NCBI GenBank assembly: GCA_977017645.1
Contig: OZ360224.1
Location: 129,146,001-129,210,000, forward strand
Direction: 5' to 3'
Source of the DNA: Torpedo marmorata
Taxonomy: Eukaryota
Length of the DNA stretch: 64,000 nucleotides
Shown: positions 60,678 through 64,000 of the stretch, piece by piece
How positions within the stretch are numbered: position 1 is the first letter of the stretch
Layout: every line of letters begins with the position of its first letter
Notes under the pieces: model-generated
What the model was told of the DNA's origin: nothing
Database searches by the model: none
Seen by the model: only the letters and a program-made list of their open reading frames with translations
Translations under genes and position numbers: made by a program

Positions 60678-61864
60678 GGAGCCTGAATGTGTTTTGTGGA
60701 ATATATCTGTGCATGCACACACCGTTTATTCTACTTGCAAATTATGCTTGGAATATGAAGAGAGACAGACAGCTACTAGAACAGACTCATCTCACTCATT
60801 TATCTCTCTCTAACTCCACCATGGCTGTGCACAGACATTGTACGTCATACATTTACACTTCCATTTTGAAAAAGCTGTGATTCTTGCACTCACATTATTT
60901 ATAAATTTAACATTTACTCAAGTTTTATGAGCTGCTTTGATCTTCTCATATGTGTTATATCCACTTCTTGACTTGAAGATACTATTTCTTGACTCAGTTC
61001 AATAAAAGCTTATGTCAGTTCTTCCACACTCTCCCACCTTATCAACTTTTGAAATACCATCACAATCACATAACTCTTCGATGTGCTTTTGTGTACTTCA
61101 TGCTGGAATGAAGTGTTTTACATGAGCACTTCTGATTTTATCTCCTATTTTTATGAGATATCACTTCGTATCTCTGACTTTAATCATCAGTCAGTCATTC
61201 CTCCCTGAATGTCAGATTGTTTGGGTGATATTAACACATATTGTTTGAATTGTTCATCTCCTTGCTTTGTTAAAATTTAATTTCTGTCTCTTCCACTCTC
61301 CCTTCAAGTTTGACTAAACTAAGATAAATCACATTCTGAGCCTTGTATATATTAGTTACTCAGCAGGATTTTCACCTTTTGTGGAATAAGACACAATTCT
61401 AAAATTCACAATACGTTTGCTAATCAAACATCTGATTGTTAAACTTGAAGATACAAGTTATACCTGTAGGTTTTGAGCCCTTTTGGTTATTATCACTGAT
61501 GCCCCATCCATGCTAATTTACACTGGTGAAGTGAGTATGTGCTTAGCAACCTCTTGTTTAATAAAGCACTCAAATAGAAGTGAACAAAACTGAGGATTGT
61601 TATCTGACTCTACTTCTTAGACTAAGTCATAACTTCAAAAAGTGGATCTCAGTTCATTGACAATATGTTCTGTTGTAGTACTGAATCCAAAATGTGTCAA
61701 TCTCAATCTATTTCAAGCACTACCCTGTTATCAATCTCACAATAATCAGCATGTTTTGTTGGGCGTTTCCAACCATGCAAAGGCATTTTTGGTGGCTTAC
61801 ACCAGTCTTCCAGGTCTTCAAAATGTTTATCTAACTCCAGTCAAGAAACAAAATTATTGAGAAA

Positions 61865-62175
61865 TTAAGCGGAGCCGGGACTCAGCAACTGATGAGTGTC
61901 AGGAGTTGGGCTTTGTTTCAGGAGCATTTAAAAGATAAGTGGAGCAACAATTGGTTGGAATCTGGGTTACAGATAGCAGGCAGCATATAAAAAGAAGGGA
62001 AGCTCAAGAGGAGCGGCCAGTGTGGAGCGACCCACTGCAGGAGGGGGGATTTAGAGGCTTTGGCTCGAGAGGCCAATGAGGAGTGGGGATTTAGAGGCGT
62101 TGTCTCAAGAGACTTCAGCGAGCAGAGGCTGAGGATGTACAACAGGTAAGGTCAGGTAAGATCTTTGCATAGTAA
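61865..62175 (+). repeat. Probable CR1 5' UTR fragment
   Basis: GC-richer block with duplicated GGGGATTTAGAGGC and AGGTAAG motifs, resembling elasmobranch CR1 5' ends. Not confirmed. Confidence 0.35.
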
Positions 62176-62184
62176 CAAAGTGTA

Positions 62185-64000
62185 GGTAGTAGAGATGGCA
62201 CCTTACAGCGGCGACTCTTTGCGTGCAGCTCTGACGGGAATAATCAAATATTCCAGTTCAGAACTTCTAAAAATCAAACAAAAAACGAGAAACATAAAAT
62301 CAAACTTACCCGACAACGTGGATGTACAAAGATCGCTGGCAGACCTTGGAATCGGCAAAATCGGCAGTCTCCGTCGGGCCGCGGGACATTTAAACAACTC
62401 ACGTAAGTACAACAACAACACCTCGGGAGTTTTAAACAGCCAGAGAACGGGCCATTTAAACTTCGCGGGAGTCGCAGACAGCAGGCACTCAGCACACTTA
62501 CATATCGCGCAGGATTTAAAGGGACAGCGCACGGACAGTTTAAACACTGCGGGAACTACCAGCAGTGGACCCACGGGCCAGGTAAAGAAGACCTGACCAC
62601 GTGGAGGCAGAGAGGGGGCTACAGGTCAAGCTGAGACGCGGGAACCTGAAGCTTCCGCTCCCTACCATCCTCCTGGCCAATGTACAATCCTTGGAGAACA
62701 AACTTGATGAACTCCAAGCTAGACTTCAACATCAGAGAGTCATCAGGGAGTGCTGCGTGATGTGCTTCACAGAAACGTGGCTAAACGCGGACATTCCGGA
62801 CACGGCGCTACAGCCCAAGGGCTACACCCTCCATCGCGCTGACCGAACACCGGCGTCTGGAAAAACCAGGGGAGGCGGCGTTTGTGTCATCATCAATTCA
62901 TCGTGGTGCTCAGACGTGACGGTCATGTCCCAGTCCTGCTCCCCTGACCTGGAACATCTGGCGATCAAGTGTCGCCCATTCTATCTGCCGAGGGAGTTCA
63001 CCGCCATCATCCTGGATGCAGTGTACATTCCGCCCCAGGCTAACATCAGGCTGGCACTGGAGGGACTGAGCAATGTGATAAACAGCCATGAGACAGCACA
63101 TCCTGATGCCTTCCCGATCATTGTGGGAGACTTCAATCAGGTCAATCTGAAGAAGTCACTGACAAACTACCACCAACACATCACATGCGAGACCAGGGGA
63201 ACCAACACACTCGACCACTGCTACACCACCATGAAGAACGCATACCGAGCCATACCACGACCGCACTTCGGCAAGTCTGATCACCTGGCTGTACTTCTAC
63301 TCCCGGCGTACAAGCAGAGACTGAAGACCACAGCACCAGTGGTGAGAACGGCGAAAGTATGGTCGAGGGGGGCGGAGGAGCGTCTGCAGGACTGCTTTGA
63401 ATCGGTGGACTGGAACATATTCAAGCACTCAGCCATAGACCTAAATGAATATGCAACAGGTGTCACCGACTTCATCAAGACCTGCGTGGATGAGTGTGTG
63501 CCCACGCGCAAATACCGGGTGTTCCCCAACCAGAAGCCCAGGATGAATCAGAGAATTCGCAACCTGCTGAGGACGAGAACAAGGGCGTTTAAGGCCGGGG
63601 ACAGGGATCTTTACAAAAAGTCCAGGCACGACCTGCGGAAGGCCATCTCTGAAGCAAAGTGGCAATTCCGGAGGAAGCTAGAGACAGAGACAGATACACG
63701 CCAGCTATGGCAGGGAGTACAGGCCATTACAGCCTACAAATCGAGGGCGAACATTATAGACGGCTGTGATGCTTCTCTACCCGATGAGCTGAACACCTTC
63801 TATGCCCGCTTTGAGAAGAAGAACCAAACAGTGCCAACTAGAATCCCTGAAAAGGCTGAGGACCCTGTGATATCTGTCTCTGAGGGCGACGTCAGAACAT
63901 CATTCAAGAGGGTGAACCCTTGCAAGGCGTCAGGCCCTGACGGCGTACCCGTCAGGGTACTGAAAATCTCCGCCAACCAACTAGCTGGAGTGTTCACGGA
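62185..64000 (+). mobile_element. Rex1/Babar-type LINE with intact 5' end: AP-like endonuclease and start of RT, running off the window
   Basis: Frame from ATG 62195 has one TGA (62594-62596), then LANVQSLENK, CFTETWL, RGGGVC, VYIPP, VGDFN, LDHCY and KSDH endonuclease motifs, and appears open to 64000. 63390-64000 is near-identical to 58658-59268. Confidence 0.92.

Overview
Eukaryotic, transposon-rich non-genic DNA, most likely from a cartilaginous fish (shark or ray). This is inferred from tRNA-derived V-SINE/HE1-like SINEs together with CR1, Rex1/Babar, Penelope and fish-type L1 families. No host gene could be supported; almost all long ORFs are transposon-derived. Main elements: (i) two young sister Ty3/Gypsy LTR retrotransposons (26340-31071 intact, 40562-45240 with one frameshift); (ii) an RT-deleted Gypsy on the minus strand (48800-51953); (iii) a non-autonomous BEL/Pao element (31713-37726); (iv) six sizeable Rex1/Babar-type LINE copies plus smaller fragments; (v) CR1, L1, Penelope, Tc1, Chapaev3, hAT-MITE and Harbinger relics. 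Most notable observations: the BEL element has RT-RNaseH-integrase replaced in frame by a coiled-coil cargo that resembles host MIPOL1, and it has a SAP-like domain at the Gag N-terminus. Both sister Gypsy elements lack a tRNA PBS and instead carry a 12-13 nt segment complementary to their own LTR poly(A)-signal region, with a compensatory substitution between the elements (candidate self-priming or poly(A)-occlusion system). The same elements have YY1/ETS/CRE motif arrays inside gag-pol and a PPT-sequestering hairpin. Penelope termini carry hammerhead-ribozyme-like cores. Family assignments come from recognising motifs, not from database searches.
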